From Podarcis gaigeae (lineage: Eukaryota): DNA of 64,000 nucleotides. Where the stretch lies: assembly GCA_964106915.2 (NCBI GenBank), contig OZ066925.1, one strand, 5' to 3'. Below, piece by piece: positions 63,172 through 64,000 of this stretch (position 1 is its first letter; every line of letters starts with the position of its first letter). The notes under the pieces were generated by a model, which did no database searches, was not told the DNA's origin, and saw only the letters and a program-made list of their open reading frames with translations. Position numbers and translations under genes: made by a program.

Positions 63172-64000
63172 ATATATATATATATATATATATCACACAC
63201 ACACACACATACATACACACACACACACACGCACACATTGTATGCTGAAATATTTTTCCCCAGAAGAGAACAGAGAATTTAGTGGAACATTTCCACGCAT
63301 TTAATGGTTGGAGGCGTTCAATGTTATTTTTCTTTTAAACAGAATTTCTCCTCCAGATTTGAGGCAAATAGGGATGGGGAGAAGTGAGATCCCACTCTCC
63401 GACATTTAATACCAAATGTTTCCCAGTATATTTTGAGACACTTAAGCTATATGTTCCATGGAGTCCTATGATCCTTTCCTTTACTGTACTTAACCCCCCC
63501 AAAAAAAGAACAACAACCCAGACCTAAGGTGCCAGCTGGGGGGTGGCATTTACATCTGAGTAGGCAAGAGAGAATTCTCAAACCTTTCCTTTCCTATCCC
63601 TACCCCCTTCTAGCTCAGAATTTCCCTTTCCAATTTGCTTTTTCATCTCTTGTGGACAATACAACATCACCAGAAACAGCTTGTGTCATGTAACCACTGG
63701 TTTAGCTTCCCAGCAGGGGGGTCACTATTACTTGGAGGGGAGGTGGCGAGAGATTAGCATGGTGAAAATCCACTAGTGATGCCAATCAGGTGCATTTGCC
63801 CCACACTGACCTCCCCTCCCCCTCGTATCAGTTGACTTTGTCCAGTGGTCTCCTCAAGAGGAGGAACTTGTTCCCATTGAGTGTTTGCTTGCAGCCGGAC
63901 ACTTCTCTGGATGGAGCAGGTTTCTGCTGGGCATCAGAAGCTGAGCTCCCTCATGGTGCAGATGACCCCCCTGCCCCTCTCAGCCTCGTCCAAAGATCTT

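Noticed and set aside
63830-64000. GC-richer segment at the window end as a coding exon
   Set aside because: Stops in the frames I translated, no recognisable peptide, and truncated by the window edge
1-64000. CRISPR arrays, operons, prokaryotic defence systems or endogenous viral genes
   Set aside because: Vertebrate DNA; no regularly spaced repeat-spacer array and no ORF longer than 138 aa in the track

Overview
This is eukaryotic, repeat-rich, apparently non-coding DNA (intron or intergenic) from a squamate, most likely a lacertid lizard. The inference rests on Sauria SINEs with (ACCTTT)n tails, a Squam3-like SINE and Bov-B LINE fragments, recognised from memory without a database search. 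I recognise no host protein-coding exon; every interpretable ORF in the track is a retroelement remnant (Bov-B RT, L2 and L1 ORF2 C-termini) or noise. A large part of the window is transposon-derived: SINEs, L1/L2/CR1/RTE/Rex1-like LINE fragments, hAT, Tigger-like and Harbinger-like MITEs (many with readable target-site duplications), solo LTR-like elements and two Penelope-like remnants. Most interesting observations: (1) a perfect 64-bp inverted repeat at 62988-63143 whose centre carries two differently broken copies of a Penelope-type minimal hammerhead ribozyme; (2) a second decayed hammerhead on a Penelope remnant near 39.8 kb; (3) a ~660-bp quasi-palindrome of two tail-to-tail Sauria SINEs with signs of central deletion; (4) a candidate recursive-splicing or poison exon at 41522-41611; (5) several repeat-free, motif-dense segments that look like enhancers. 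I cannot support a wholly new multi-gene system from this sequence.
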